A stretch of 24,000 bases of DNA from sequence record NC_031031.1; one strand, given 5' to 3'. Every line of letters starts with the position of its first letter. Within the stretch, counting starts at the first letter, position 1. The notes beneath the pieces are model-generated. The model was given only the letters and a program-made list of their open reading frames with translations, was not told the DNA's origin and did no database searches. Shown here piece after piece: positions 1 to 8,917 of this stretch. This stretch comes from Gordonia phage Remus. A program made the translations under genes and the position numbers.

Positions 1-921
1 CAGCTTCTCGAGGACGTCCTTGTTAACCTGGCGCTTGCCCGACTCGGTGCGTCCGGTGATCTTCACTCCCATCTCTTCGAGGGCGTCAGCCACCTGATCA
101 GTGGAGTTGACCTTCTCCAAGCCGTACTCGGTGAATGCGATTGCCTCCCAGACATCCTGGTCTGACTTCCACTTCGCCGACAGCGACTCGGAGTACTCGA
201 CGTCGAGGAGGAACCCCCTCCGGTCGATGAGAGCACAGATCTCCGAGAGCTTGTGTTCGTACGGGATCAGATCAGCCGACACCGCAGGCACCAACGGGGC
301 CAGGATCGAACACAGCCGAGCTGTGAAGATCGTGTCCATCCCGGCGTACGTCAGGTACTCCGGGTGCCACAGATCGATCGTGGACCAGATCCGGTCCTTG
401 GTCGTCTTGTGCTCCTTGGCCAGTTTGGTCATGAGCCCCTTGACGTTTGCCGCCTGCTCCTTCGAGATGAACTTCGCGATCAGCTCCTCGAGCGAGTGGC
501 CGAACCCACCGGCCTCGAAGGGCCGGGGGTCCACCAGCTTGGCCAGGATCTGGGTGTCGATGATCTTCGGCCAGAGATCTTCCATCTTGATCCCGAAGCA
601 CTGGTCGAGCACCTGCAGGTCGTACGAAGCGTTCTGCATCACGATCTTGTCGATCGCCTCGAGGGCGAGTCGAGTCTCGTTCTGTAGCTGCGTCTCCGAC
701 TCGTCGACCGGCAGGACCCACGACTCGGACCGGTTCCCGAACTGCACCAGACGGCACCGGAACGTGGGCGAGTAGATGTCCAGCCCAGTCGTCTCGGTGT
801 CGACGGCGAGGCAGTGGTGATGAGCCCGGATGAAGTCGCGGAACCCGTCCAGATCCTCAGGCGTCTCGACGACGTTGATGGTGACGAGGTCACCCTGGAC
901 CTCATGCCGTAGCTCGATCAC
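1..921 (-). CDS. DNA polymerase I (family A), N-terminal 3'-5' exonuclease part; continues past the left edge
   Basis: Open minus-strand frame from GTG at 921 (GTGA overlap with the upstream stop): VIELRHEVQGDLVTINVVETPEDLDGFRDFIRAHHHCLAVDTETTGLDIYSPTFRCRLVQFG; DxE exonuclease motif; very like L5 gp44-type starts. Confidence 0.9.
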   Translation of the reverse strand, partial: MIELRHEVQGDLVTINVVETPEDLDGFRDFIRAHHHCLAVDTETTGLDIYSPTFRCRLVQFGNRSESWVLPVDESETQLQNETRLALEAIDKIVMQNASYDLQVLDQCFGIKMEDLWPKIIDTQILAKLVDPRPFEAGGFGHSLEELIAKFISKEQAANVKGLMTKLAKEHKTTKDRIWSTIDLWHPEYLTYAGMDTIFTARLCSILAPLVPAVSADLIPYEHKLSEICALIDRRGFLLDVEYSESLSAKWKSDQDVWEAIAFTEYGLEKVNSTDQVADALEEMGVKITGRTESGKRQVNKDVLEKL

Positions 922-1281
922 TTACTCTCCTTGTGCTTGGATTGCCTTGTCGAACAAGGCCAGAACGTCTTCCTCGGTGGTCTGGGACCAGTCGTTGAAC
1001 TCGTGGATGAACGAGTAGTCCGGGTTGCTCGTGTCCAGCCAGAGCTTCTTGAGCGTCTTCTCCGGGATCTGATCGACCAGCGCCTTGACGGCGGCGGAAG
1101 CCTTCGGGTCCTCGTCGAAGATGTCGTAGTCGTCGCCTCGAATCGCGGCCTCGTGGCCGGTGGCCAGTCCCACAGCTCCGAGAGCACACAGGCACCCGTC
1201 GCCCTTGATCAGATCGCCTTTGCCCCAGCCTGAGGTCTTGAGCAGTTCCTTTGCGGCGGTGAGTGTTTCCTTGACGCTCAT
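922..1281 (-). CDS. DUF6197-like protein, single domain
   Basis: MSVKETLTAAKELLKTSGWGKGDLIKGDGCLCALGAVGLATG...FNDWSQTTEEDVLALFDKAI; same motif set as the 11863..12627 product; ATGA junction with the upstream gene. Confidence 0.75.
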   Translation of the reverse strand: MSVKETLTAAKELLKTSGWGKGDLIKGDGCLCALGAVGLATGHEAAIRGDDYDIFDEDPKASAAVKALVDQIPEKTLKKLWLDTSNPDYSFIHEFNDWSQTTEEDVLALFDKAIQAQGE

Positions 1282-1571
1282 GAGTGGTAGACGCTCCTTA
1301 CGGTTCGTGAGATGGTGGCGGGGTTGACGCCGTAGGACCGGGCGAGATCCGCCTGGGACATGCCGTTGCGGAACGCGTCTCGGATGTCGTTGACCTCGCG
1401 ACGGGTCAGCTTCGGTCGGTTCGCTCGGTGCTTGCCTCGCTCCGCGCCCTCCATGAACGCCCTGCCGAAGGACCGGCGACCGATCGCAAGCTGGTTCCGG
1501 AGAGCTTCGTTCTCCTCCTCGAGGGCCTCGACCTTCTCCCGAGCCTGATCCAGTAGCTCTGTTGCGTTCAC
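1278..1571 (-). CDS. Helix-turn-helix DNA-binding protein
   Basis: C-terminal HTH: LTRREVNDIRDAFRNGMSQADLARSYGVNPATISRTVRSVY; N-terminal coiled-coil-like segment. Confidence 0.8.
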   Translation of the reverse strand: MNATELLDQAREKVEALEEENEALRNQLAIGRRSFGRAFMEGAERGKHRANRPKLTRREVNDIRDAFRNGMSQADLARSYGVNPATISRTVRSVYHS

Positions 1572-1795
1572 AGGTACCCGTCTCCTTCCTCGTCGTCACC
1601 GAGGATGTTCTTGACGTCTTCCTCAGTGAGAGTCGTGAAGTCGACGACGTGGTCGAAGTTGCACGTGCGGAACGTGCCGTCATCAAGTGCGATCGTCAGG
1701 ACTCCGTCGGATGCGTCGAGCATCGGCTCGCCGCGCATCATCGCGAAGCGACCGTCGGCGAAGTTGATTGCTACTGCGACTTCGTGTGCAGCCAT
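1568..1795 (-). CDS. Hypothetical protein
   Basis: MAAHEVAVAINFADGRFAMMRGEPMLDASDGVLTIALDDGTFRTCNFDHVVDFTTL...; TGATG junction with the upstream gene. Confidence 0.65.
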   Translation of the reverse strand: MAAHEVAVAINFADGRFAMMRGEPMLDASDGVLTIALDDGTFRTCNFDHVVDFTTLTEEDVKNILGDDEEGDGYL

Positions 1796-2040
1796 CAGCC
1801 CTCCTCGGTGTTGTTGCGAGCGATGGCGGCGTTGGCCCAGAACATCGCTTCCTCGAGCTTGGTGATCGCGAGGGACTTCTCGCGTCCGTTGGGAACCCAG
1901 GAGTCGATGTACTGGGCGGTCATCAGGAGCTTCGTCCGAACAGATGTGTGCTCGTTGCGCTTCTCCTCGGTGGTGGCAGGGTGGAAGGAGAACCGGTTGT
2001 TGATGTCTGCCACCGACTTGGTGGTTGCGTAGATGGTCAT
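1795..2040 (-). CDS. Hypothetical protein (possible Acb2/Tad1-like-length nucleotide-pathway neighbour; function unknown)
   Basis: 81-aa ORF MTIYATTKSVADINNRFSFHPATTEEKRNEHTSVRTKLLMTAQYIDSWVPNGREKSLAITKLEEAMFWANAAIARN; coding-like composition and operon packing. The HPATTEEKRNEH...REKSLAITKLEEAMFWANAAIARN pattern resembles small phage Acb2-type proteins, unverified. Confidence 0.7.
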   Translation of the reverse strand: MTIYATTKSVADINNRFSFHPATTEEKRNEHTSVRTKLLMTAQYIDSWVPNGREKSLAITKLEEAMFWANAAIARNNTEEG

Positions 2041-2048
2041 GAAGCTCC

Positions 2049-2747
2049 TCAGTAGGTGTATGGGGTGTCGGGGATGTCCTGGTAGGTCGCGGGAGCGATC
2101 TTCCGCAGCTCGGCGAGCAGAAGCCCTGCCAGCTCACGGATCTCGGCGTCAGCAGCCTCGTGCCAGCGGGCCTTGATGACGTAGCGCCAGGCTCGGTGGT
2201 TGCCGGTGACGACCATCGGAGACGACGTCATGTTCGGGAGGACTGCTCGTGCTGCCTCTCGGGCCTGCTTGCGGGGCAGCCCTTCTTCGGTCAGACGATC
2301 GACGATCGCGTCGTATGCGTCGGTGGTGTACGTCAGGACGTCTGCGATCTCGTCCCGCAACTGACGACTGTCGATGTCCCTGATGGCCGGAGGGGTGTGT
2401 ACTCCGAGCAGAGTCGGGTCGACGTACCGCTGGGACACCACCGAGAACGACAGGTGCCGGTGACGCTCCAGCTCGGTCAGAACCGACCGGGAGGTCTCGA
2501 TGTAGAACGTGGCTGAGGCGTGCTCGAGCACCGACTCGTGGCCGACGTCGAGGATGTGCTTGATGTAGTCCTGGTTCTCACGCGTGGCCGGGTTCGGGCG
2601 GTGGAACGACCGGTAGCAGTTCCGGCCTGCGAACTCCGCGAGGAGGTCCGCCGACTTGCCGGTGGTCGACTCGAATCCGAGTCCGTCCATGACCTGGCTT
2701 CCGGCCAGATTGACCGAGGTAGCTGCCAGCAGCTTGACGGTGCTCAT
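2049..2747 (-). CDS. thyX: FAD-dependent thymidylate synthase ThyX
   Basis: ThyX motif RHRHLSFSVVSQRY (RHRx7S) and full-length family-like sequence. Confidence 0.95.
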   Translation of the reverse strand: MSTVKLLAATSVNLAGSQVMDGLGFESTTGKSADLLAEFAGRNCYRSFHRPNPATRENQDYIKHILDVGHESVLEHASATFYIETSRSVLTELERHRHLSFSVVSQRYVDPTLLGVHTPPAIRDIDSRQLRDEIADVLTYTTDAYDAIVDRLTEEGLPRKQAREAARAVLPNMTSSPMVVTGNHRAWRYVIKARWHEAADAEIRELAGLLLAELRKIAPATYQDIPDTPYTY

Positions 2748-3088
2748 CGGTTATCACCGGAGCCCTCGAGGACGCCTCGCTCGGCGCGGTCGGCCAGCTT
2801 CTGTAGGTTCCAGGCCGCCACCAGGTGCAGCGGGTACCCGAGCTGTTCGGCGATCAAGGCGACGTACCAAAGCACGTCTCCGAGTTCGGCGAGAACCTGG
2901 GTCCTGGTGATCCCGTCGATCACACCGCCGTTGTCGCGGATGATCTTCTTGACCTTGTTGGCGATCTCTCCAGCTTCACCGACGAGTCCCATTGTGACGT
3001 AGGACAATCCCTCGATTGAGGAGCTATCTTCGTGACCTGGGTAGAAGGCAGTCGCTGTTGCACGCGTCTGGTACGTGTCGAGTTGCAT
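2744..3088 (-). CDS. MazG-like nucleotide pyrophosphohydrolase
   Basis: MQLDTYQTRATATAFYPG...GLVGEAGEIANKVKKIIRD...ELGDVLWYVALIAEQLG; EAGE...ELGD motifs. Confidence 0.85.
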   Translation of the reverse strand: MQLDTYQTRATATAFYPGHEDSSSIEGLSYVTMGLVGEAGEIANKVKKIIRDNGGVIDGITRTQVLAELGDVLWYVALIAEQLGYPLHLVAAWNLQKLADRAERGVLEGSGDNR

Positions 3089-3145
3089 ATTCTTCTTTCT
3101 GAGGAGGTGCAGGGAGGGGGACCGGAGTAGTGATCCCCCTCCCTG

Positions 3146-3158
3146 GGGGATTGTCAAG
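3146..3158 (+). promoter_or_regulatory. Stoperator-like 13-mer GGGGATTGTCAAG
   Basis: Exact match to the core found repeatedly in intergenic gaps. Confidence 0.85.
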
Positions 3159-3175
3159 CTCGGGGCGTCAGCAGC

Positions 3176-3706
3176 TCATCGGAGCCACTGGGGATCGCAC
3201 TGCTGGCTGCGATCTCGCTCGGGGCAGGCGAACATCTTGTACGCCTTACCGGCCTTCGAGACGCCGGAACGGTAGGTCATCTTGCCGTGGGAGCAGAACC
3301 GCTCCTCACCGTTGGGAGCTTCCTGGGAGGCCGCGGGAGCGCCTCCACCGCTGCGCTGGCCACCGCCACCGCCGCCTGCGGGCTTGGCCGGAGCCAGGCT
3401 GGCGAAGCCGTTGGCGTAGAGCTGGACCTTCTGCATGTACGACTTGAGAGCGTCGTCGAGCATGGCATCTGCCTCGGCCACGGTCGTGGCGCGGAGAACG
3501 AGCCAGGGAGCTTCGAAGCCAGCTCCCCCCTTGAGGGTGGTGACGATCGGAGCTTCGAGAGTCGGCGCTGCCGACGTCGGACGGTCCTGGGTGACGGTGA
3601 TGGGAGCCTCCTGGAAGGTGTCGACCGGAGCCTGAGCCACGGTGTCGGGTTCGAACGGGGGTTCTTCGGTGGCCGCGGGAGCGGCGAAGGGGTCAGCCAT
3701 GGTCAT
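3176..3706 (-). CDS. Hypothetical protein with Gly-rich linker and C-terminal Cys-containing module
   Basis: PAKPAGGGGGGQRSGGG linker then ERFCSHGKMTYRSGVSKAGKAYKMFACPERDRSQQCDPQW. Confidence 0.8.
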   Translation of the reverse strand: MTMADPFAAPAATEEPPFEPDTVAQAPVDTFQEAPITVTQDRPTSAAPTLEAPIVTTLKGGAGFEAPWLVLRATTVAEADAMLDDALKSYMQKVQLYANGFASLAPAKPAGGGGGGQRSGGGAPAASQEAPNGEERFCSHGKMTYRSGVSKAGKAYKMFACPERDRSQQCDPQWLR

Positions 3707-3816
3707 TTGTATTTCCTGTCTGTTGGGGAGATGAGTTCGAGAATGAAGAGCGAGACGAGACCGACGGCGATCAGGAGCAGACCGTCTATCGGGCTCAGAA
3801 CTACTTGATCGGGCAT
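3703..3816 (-). CDS. Small membrane protein (37 aa)
   Basis: Manual translation [37 protein letters not shown]; ATGA junction with the next gene; single TM-like helix; too short for the ORF track. Confidence 0.5.
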   Translation of the reverse strand: MPDQVVLSPIDGLLLIAVGLVSLFILELISPTDRKYK

Positions 3817-5864
3817 GCGCCGTTGGAGCAGTTCTCGTCCACGCCGTCGGCGATGGACACTGCTTCGTAGGCTTCGAACTGGGCCTTGGTGATTCGCTCG
3901 TACGGAGCCTGCGGGAACGACGCTTCGGGGAAGATCGTCGAGCCCTTGATCAACCCCGCGAACCTCTGCATCGTGTCTGCGACGTCGTCAGCGGTGTACC
4001 GGTCCGGGTCGACGTTCGCGGTGAACGACACCGCGTTGTCAGCCCAGAGCTGTTGGTACAGCGACTGGAACGCGAAGAGCTGGCCGAGCGACAGCTCGTC
4101 AGCCGACTCCACGAGATCCTCGGCGTTGTCCTCGCCGTAGAGGTCGGTGACCTCCTGGAGCAGCGTGTCCTTGGTCGGGATCGTGACGACCGCGGTGTTC
4201 GGAGCGAAGAGGTCTTCCTCGACCTCGTATCCCTCGTTGACCAGCTTGGCCAGAGCCTCGAAGTCCGAGTTCTGGTTGAACCGGACTCGACGGAGGAAGT
4301 ACCGCGAGAAGATCGGGTGGATGCCCTCACTGACCCCCGGCATCTTCGCGACCGTGCCCGTCGGGGCGATCGTCCGCTTCTTCACCGGCACCGGGATCCG
4401 CAGGTCGTGCGAGAACTGGATGGCCTCGTCGTCGACCTTCCGAGCCAGCTCACGGAGCAGTCCGCGGACCGAGTGCATCTGCGGAGCCATCGAGTACCGG
4501 ATACCGGTCTTCGCCAGGTACGAAGCCACGCCCAGGTGGCCGACGCCGATGCGTCGGTTCCGGTCGAGAACCTCTCGGGACTTCGGATCTCCCACGGGAG
4601 AGAACGTGGCCCGGATCAGGAACCGGGTCATCAACTGATGAGCCCGGAGCAGCTCGAGGTGGTCGGTGCGACCGTTCTCGGTGACGAACGCTGCCAGGTT
4701 GATGTGCCCGAGGTTGCAGGGCTCCCACGGCTCGAGGGTGATCTCGCCGCAGGGGTTCGTGCAGACGACCTCGTTGGGCTCACCCTTGTTCGAGTACGAG
4801 GAGTCCCACATTCCGGGTTCTCCGTTGCGTACAGCGCCCGTGGCCAATGCTCCCAGCACGGTCTCGGCCTTGAGTTGGTCGACCAGAGTGCCGTAGCCCT
4901 CGTCTCGAGGGTCCTTGGAGGCGTACTTCCAGAACTCCTCGTCGACCTCGACCGAGATGTTCGTCGTCCAGTGGTCACCGGACTCCTGCTTGCAGTTGAT
5001 GAACTCCTCGATCTGGTGATCAGCCCAGTGCATCATCGCCATGCGAGCCGAGCGGCGAACGCCGCCAGCGACCACACACTGTGCGATGGCATGGTCGATC
5101 GACATCGCGTCGATCCCCGTCAGCTTCACTCCGGATCGATCCGAGAGGATCGTGGAGACCTTCTGCAGCATCTCAGCGAACGGCTTCGGCCCGGAGGCCA
5201 CGCCTCCGAACGTCTTGAGCTTGGCCCCAGCGGGGCGCACTCGGGAGACGTCGTAGACCCGGTGGAAGTTGACCGTGTCGGCCCGGTAGTGGGTGTCGAT
5301 CAGGTCGACCAGGGCGCTGGCCCAGCCCTCGCGGGAGTCCTCGATCGGGTAGGCACCCGTCCACTCCGAGTCGTACTTGTCGGAGAGGATGCCTGCGTCC
5401 TTCATCTCCTGGTAGTCGGCATGGTCTGGGTCACAGACGATCTCGACGCTGAGGAAGTGCTGGACCGGCCCGTACTGCTCGAGGTATCGGTTCGAGTAGT
5501 TCGCACCGACGCCCCCGCCCTCCATGAGGCGCATGAACGTGAACTGGAAGTGGTCGGAGATGTCCGACGGCCATCCCGAGACCCAGCAGTTGAACAGGTG
5601 CTGGGCGTTCTTGACTCCCGAGGCCCAGAGATGCCTGCCAGCGGGCAGGATCTTGAACTCGGTCATCATCCGGATCAGGTCTTCGCGCTCGTTCCCGATC
5701 TGGTACTTGGAGTCGACTAGGGCCAGGTTACCTTCGACCACGCGAGCAACCGTCTCAGGCCAGGTCTCCTTGGTCCCATCAGGCTTAGTCCGGGAATAGG
5801 TACGGTTGTAAACCAGCTCTCCTGTTGGACCCCAGGGTATTTCGTTGGTTGGTGTGTCAGTCAC
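3801..5864 (-). CDS. Ribonucleoside-triphosphate reductase, class II (adenosylcobalamin-dependent) type
   Basis: 687 aa with CFNCWV..., [24 protein letters not shown] and C-terminal CSNGACPIK; no adjacent small-subunit gene; matches the cluster-A phage RNR position. Confidence 0.92.
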   Translation of the reverse strand: MTDTPTNEIPWGPTGELVYNRTYSRTKPDGTKETWPETVARVVEGNLALVDSKYQIGNEREDLIRMMTEFKILPAGRHLWASGVKNAQHLFNCWVSGWPSDISDHFQFTFMRLMEGGGVGANYSNRYLEQYGPVQHFLSVEIVCDPDHADYQEMKDAGILSDKYDSEWTGAYPIEDSREGWASALVDLIDTHYRADTVNFHRVYDVSRVRPAGAKLKTFGGVASGPKPFAEMLQKVSTILSDRSGVKLTGIDAMSIDHAIAQCVVAGGVRRSARMAMMHWADHQIEEFINCKQESGDHWTTNISVEVDEEFWKYASKDPRDEGYGTLVDQLKAETVLGALATGAVRNGEPGMWDSSYSNKGEPNEVVCTNPCGEITLEPWEPCNLGHINLAAFVTENGRTDHLELLRAHQLMTRFLIRATFSPVGDPKSREVLDRNRRIGVGHLGVASYLAKTGIRYSMAPQMHSVRGLLRELARKVDDEAIQFSHDLRIPVPVKKRTIAPTGTVAKMPGVSEGIHPIFSRYFLRRVRFNQNSDFEALAKLVNEGYEVEEDLFAPNTAVVTIPTKDTLLQEVTDLYGEDNAEDLVESADELSLGQLFAFQSLYQQLWADNAVSFTANVDPDRYTADDVADTMQRFAGLIKGSTIFPEASFPQAPYERITKAQFEAYEAVSIADGVDENCSNGACPIK

Positions 5865-6052
5865 TTGATCCTTTCAAGCTCGTGTGGTTGGAACCACGCA
5901 TCGGTGGTGTCGTCGTTGGTGAAGGACACGCCGATCTCACCGAGGTTGGTGCCGGTGACCGTGCCCTTCTTTCCCCGGTACTGCGGCCATGAGCCGCGGC
6001 TCGGGTACTTCTCTTCGTCTCGCTTCGCGACGACGCGTACGCCCTTCCTCAC
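5861..6052 (-). CDS. Hypothetical protein (63 aa)
   Basis: GTG start, [48 protein letters not shown]; KOW-like short beta pattern; ATGA junction. Confidence 0.65.
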   Translation of the reverse strand: MRKGVRVVAKRDEEKYPSRGSWPQYRGKKGTVTGTNLGEIGVSFTNDDTTDAWFQPHELERIK

Positions 6053-6210
6053 TGGTGCTCGATCAGGTAGTCGATCAGCTCCTGGAGGTCGTCCTTGAGA
6101 ATCCCGACGTACCGGTCGTCGTTGATGCGGAAGCGCATGAATCCGCCTTCGTCCAGGATCTCGAGAACGTCTCCGTCGGAGTACGTGAGGCCTCGCCGAA
6201 TCCAGCCCAT
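6049..6210 (-). CDS. Hypothetical protein (53 aa)
   Basis: Manual translation [53 protein letters not shown]; overlapping stop/start junctions. Confidence 0.65.
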   Translation of the reverse strand: MGWIRRGLTYSDGDVLEILDEGGFMRFRINDDRYVGILKDDLQELIDYLIEHQ

Positions 6211-6392
6211 CAGGCAGCTCGCTGTCCGTAGCCGGGGGTGAACGACCCGCCGACGTACATCTCGAGGTCGTCCTCAGGCCAGTTGTGGAGCATCATCGGG
6301 CGCTGGTCCGGGAACAGGTCCGGAGCCAGCTCAGCCCGGTACAGTTCCGACCCGGACATGCCGTTGAAGGTTCCGTCAAACAGGTTGTGCAT
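6210..6392 (-). CDS. Hypothetical protein (60 aa)
   Basis: MHNLFDGTFNGMSGSELYRAELAPDLFPDQRPMMLHNWPEDDLEMYVGGSFTPGYGQRAA. Confidence 0.65.
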   Translation of the reverse strand: MHNLFDGTFNGMSGSELYRAELAPDLFPDQRPMMLHNWPEDDLEMYVGGSFTPGYGQRAA

Positions 6393-6948
6393 TGGTCACT
6401 TTCGGTCGGGAGCCCGGACCGTCGGTGCGGTCCGCGTGCTGCTGCTTGTTGGAGGAGTTCATGAGGTCGGTGAGAGATGCCACTGCCTGAGACAGCGCCT
6501 CTTTGTCGGCCCCGTTCCGGATCGACTCCTGCTCGCCGTACCGGCGCACGACCAGGTCGAAGTACCGGTCGTTGAGCTTGAACAGAGACCGCTCGATGTC
6601 GAGCTTGATCTCGGACGTCGCGGTGCCTGCGACACCCGGACCTTCAGGCATGAACTCGACGAGCGCCTTCTTGACCTCGTCGACCGAGTACCGGTAGTTG
6701 CCGGAGAAGTGGTCGTAGTCGGTGCGCTCCTGCGAAGCGATCTGGTGTCCGAAGTGGACGATCGCCTTGTATCGACCCGTGGGGGTCGAGTTCATCAGGC
6801 GGGCCTCGGCACCGGGCCGAGCCAGGATGTGCTCCCAGATGCCCTGCTCGATGTCCTCAGCCTCGACGATCCCCGGCCACTGGTATGCAACCGACTTCGC
6901 CGCCTTGGTGATGTCCTCTCCGAGGACTTTCACTCTGAGGTCTTCCAC
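6376..6948 (-). CDS. Putative sigma-factor-like / region-4-like DNA-binding protein
   Basis: GTG start at 6948 behind GGAGG; KAAKSVAYQWPGIVEAEDIEQGIWEHIL and C-terminal FKLNDRYFDLVVRRYGEQESIRNGADKEALSQAVASLTDLMN. Confidence 0.55.
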   Translation of the reverse strand: MEDLRVKVLGEDITKAAKSVAYQWPGIVEAEDIEQGIWEHILARPGAEARLMNSTPTGRYKAIVHFGHQIASQERTDYDHFSGNYRYSVDEVKKALVEFMPEGPGVAGTATSEIKLDIERSLFKLNDRYFDLVVRRYGEQESIRNGADKEALSQAVASLTDLMNSSNKQQHADRTDGPGSRPKVTNAQPV

Positions 6949-7058
6949 TGTGCTTCCTCCTTTCGGGCCATCGCGACGGCGTGCCATGCAGCGCCACACT
7001 GGCTTTGTCCGTAGTCGTATCGGTGCGGGCGCACCTGGGACTCTTCGGTCTTGGGCCG

Positions 7059-7071
7059 GGGGATAGTCAAG
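7059..7071 (+). promoter_or_regulatory. Stoperator-like 13-mer GGGGATAGTCAAG
   Basis: One mismatch to the core, immediately 3' of the 7074..7838 stop. Confidence 0.8.
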
Positions 7072-7073
7072 TT

Positions 7074-7838
7074 TCAGACCTCCCAGGTCCGACCGTCGAC
7101 CGAGAACCGACCGTTGGAGATCGGGATGATCTCCGGCTTCACGTGCGCGCCGTCGATGGTCACGAGACCGAATCCCTGCTGCCAGTTGGCGGTTCCGCCC
7201 TTGAGGTACTGGGCCAGCTTCATGTCCATCAGGTTGCCGACCTCCATGCCCCAGACCTGCTTGGTGATCTTGCCGCCGAACCCGTTCGACTGCGGCTTGA
7301 GGCCGAGTCGGTGGGTGTGTCCCATGATGATCGAGGTGTTCAGCTTCACCGCGGCGTTGAGCGCGGTGTCACCGGCACGCTGGGTCAGTCGGATGCCTCC
7401 GAGGTGGCCGTGGGTGGTGTGCCATCCGTTGGCGATCTTGTTGAAGTCCGGGAGCCGGGTGATCCCGAATCCGTTGAAGTCCAACAGGTTCTCGAAGTTG
7501 AACTCCTTCGACTCCACCAGCGCCGGAGCGTACCGAGCGAGGTACTCGCGGGGCCGCAGGTCGTGGTTGCCTTCGTGGATACCGATCGGGCCGGAGTACA
7601 CGTCCCGGAGCGGGCCGAGCAGACGCTGCTTCGTGGTCTCGGAGTCGACGAAGATCGACCCCTCGAACTCGCCTCGAGTGTCCTTGTTCCAGCGGGACGG
7701 CTGCGGGTAGTCGACCAGGTCACCGATGTGGATGACCTCGTCGGGCTGGTAGTCCCCGATGAACCCGATCAGCGCCTTGACGGCGCGGCGGTCCTCGTAC
7801 GGGACCTGGGTGTCGGAGATGATGACGATGCGCTTCAC
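7074..7838 (-). CDS. Calcineurin-like metallophosphoesterase
   Basis: VKRIVIISDTQVPYED...IHIGDLVDY...IHEGNHDLRPREY...THGHLGG...IIMGHTHRLG metal-binding motifs. Confidence 0.9.
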   Translation of the reverse strand: MKRIVIISDTQVPYEDRRAVKALIGFIGDYQPDEVIHIGDLVDYPQPSRWNKDTRGEFEGSIFVDSETTKQRLLGPLRDVYSGPIGIHEGNHDLRPREYLARYAPALVESKEFNFENLLDFNGFGITRLPDFNKIANGWHTTHGHLGGIRLTQRAGDTALNAAVKLNTSIIMGHTHRLGLKPQSNGFGGKITKQVWGMEVGNLMDMKLAQYLKGGTANWQQGFGLVTIDGAHVKPEIIPISNGRFSVDGRTWEV

Positions 7839-8269
7839 TCGATCACCTCGGTGTACGGAGCGAACTCGGTGCCGTCGTCCCATGATGCGGTCACGCTCCG
7901 GTGAATGTCGTCCTTCGTGTAGCCCCACTTCCACTCGCCTAGAGCGTAGTTGTAGCGGTACCAGTCTCCGGTCGAGTCCTGCACCAATGTTCCGTAGGGG
8001 ACCAGCGACAGCGCAGGCCAGCTCGCGGTCGGCGGCGAGACTACTGCCTCGGACTTCGCCTGGCGCTCCTGGAGGATCACCGCGTAGTTGCGGATCTTCT
8101 CGAGGTCGTCGTCGAAGACACCCTTGAACTGGGCACGGGATGCGTACTTCATGATGTTGCCAAGGACATACGCCTTGAACCCCTCGGGGCCGAGCTTGTC
8201 GGCGATGAAGTCGATCGTCTCGATCTCGGAGGATGCGTAGTGGTCCACGTGGACTCGGGTTTCGGTCAT
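7835..8269 (-). CDS. DUF3310-like protein
   Basis: DHYASSEIETIDFIADKLGPEGFKAYVLGNIMKYASRAQFKG matches the DUF3310 pattern. Confidence 0.85.
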   Translation of the reverse strand: MTETRVHVDHYASSEIETIDFIADKLGPEGFKAYVLGNIMKYASRAQFKGVFDDDLEKIRNYAVILQERQAKSEAVVSPPTASWPALSLVPYGTLVQDSTGDWYRYNYALGEWKWGYTKDDIHRSVTASWDDGTEFAPYTEVIE

Positions 8270-8442
8270 TCTTGCTGCTCCTTCATCTGAGCGAGGATGG
8301 TTTCGAGGCTCTCTTCGGAGCCCGCGGTCTTGAGTGCTGCAAGCCCGATCATCGGGTTCTTGTAGCCGGTGACGGTGACCGTGACTTCTTCGTCTGCAGC
8401 GTCGAACCGGAACCCGAGCCGGATCTCGTTCTCTTCGTTCAC
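8266..8442 (-). CDS. Hypothetical protein (58 aa)
   Basis: Manual translation from GTG at 8442: VNEENEIRLGFRFDAADEEVTVTVTGYKNPMIGLAALKTAGSEESLETILAQMKEQQE. Confidence 0.65.
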   Translation of the reverse strand: MNEENEIRLGFRFDAADEEVTVTVTGYKNPMIGLAALKTAGSEESLETILAQMKEQQE

Positions 8443-8708
8443 AGACCGGTCTCCGATGCTGTGTAGTACTCGATGACCGAGCGGATCTTCGAGGTGTCGT
8501 AGCCGATGATCGGGTCGTGTGCGTCGGTCACGATGACCGGAGTCGACCGGGCCTTGAGAACTCCGGTGACGTACGTCCGGGCCTCGTCGTTGGCAGAGAT
8601 GTCGACGTACTCGAACTCGACGCCAGCTTCCTCGAGCTGGCTCTTGACGCGCTCACACGGCTTGCACGACGGCTGTCCGTAGACGGTGACGGGAGAGAAC
8701 AGATTCAT
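8439..8708 (-). CDS. NrdH-like glutaredoxin
   Basis: [37 protein letters not shown]...VLKARSTPVIVTD; CxxC redox motif and cis-Pro TPVI. Confidence 0.9.
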   Translation of the reverse strand: MNLFSPVTVYGQPSCKPCERVKSQLEEAGVEFEYVDISANDEARTYVTGVLKARSTPVIVTDAHDPIIGYDTSKIRSVIEYYTASETGL

Positions 8709-8917
8709 GGGAGTACCTCGAGTTCGTTGGCGTAGAACGCATACGGATCTGCGTTCGACGGGTAGTTGGGGATGACGTCGTACAAGACGGACTTGCGGAC
8801 GGAGTTCGGAGGGAACACTGCGGAGACCTTGCCGACTGCGCCTTCGCGCATGCCGAAGTACGTCTCGACACCAGGCCGGACCTTGACGATGTCGCCGACC
8901 TTGGGGATGTTGCTCAT
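8705..8917 (-). CDS. Hypothetical protein (70 aa)
   Basis: [53 protein letters not shown]... Confidence 0.7.
   Translation of the reverse strand: MSNIPKVGDIVKVRPGVETYFGMREGAVGKVSAVFPPNSVRKSVLYDVIPNYPSNADPYAFYANELEVLP

Noticed and set aside
101-775. 224-aa plus-strand ORF
   Set aside because: Antisense to the DNA polymerase N-terminus; no recognisable motifs.
4053-5720. 555-aa plus-strand ORF
   Set aside because: Lies antisense to the strongly supported RNR gene; Arg/Asp/Val-rich shadow translation typical of high-GC codon bias.
2049-5864. ThyX, MazG-like and RNR genes as a novel system
   Set aside because: This is a well-known phage nucleotide-metabolism module; ordinary for this phage type.
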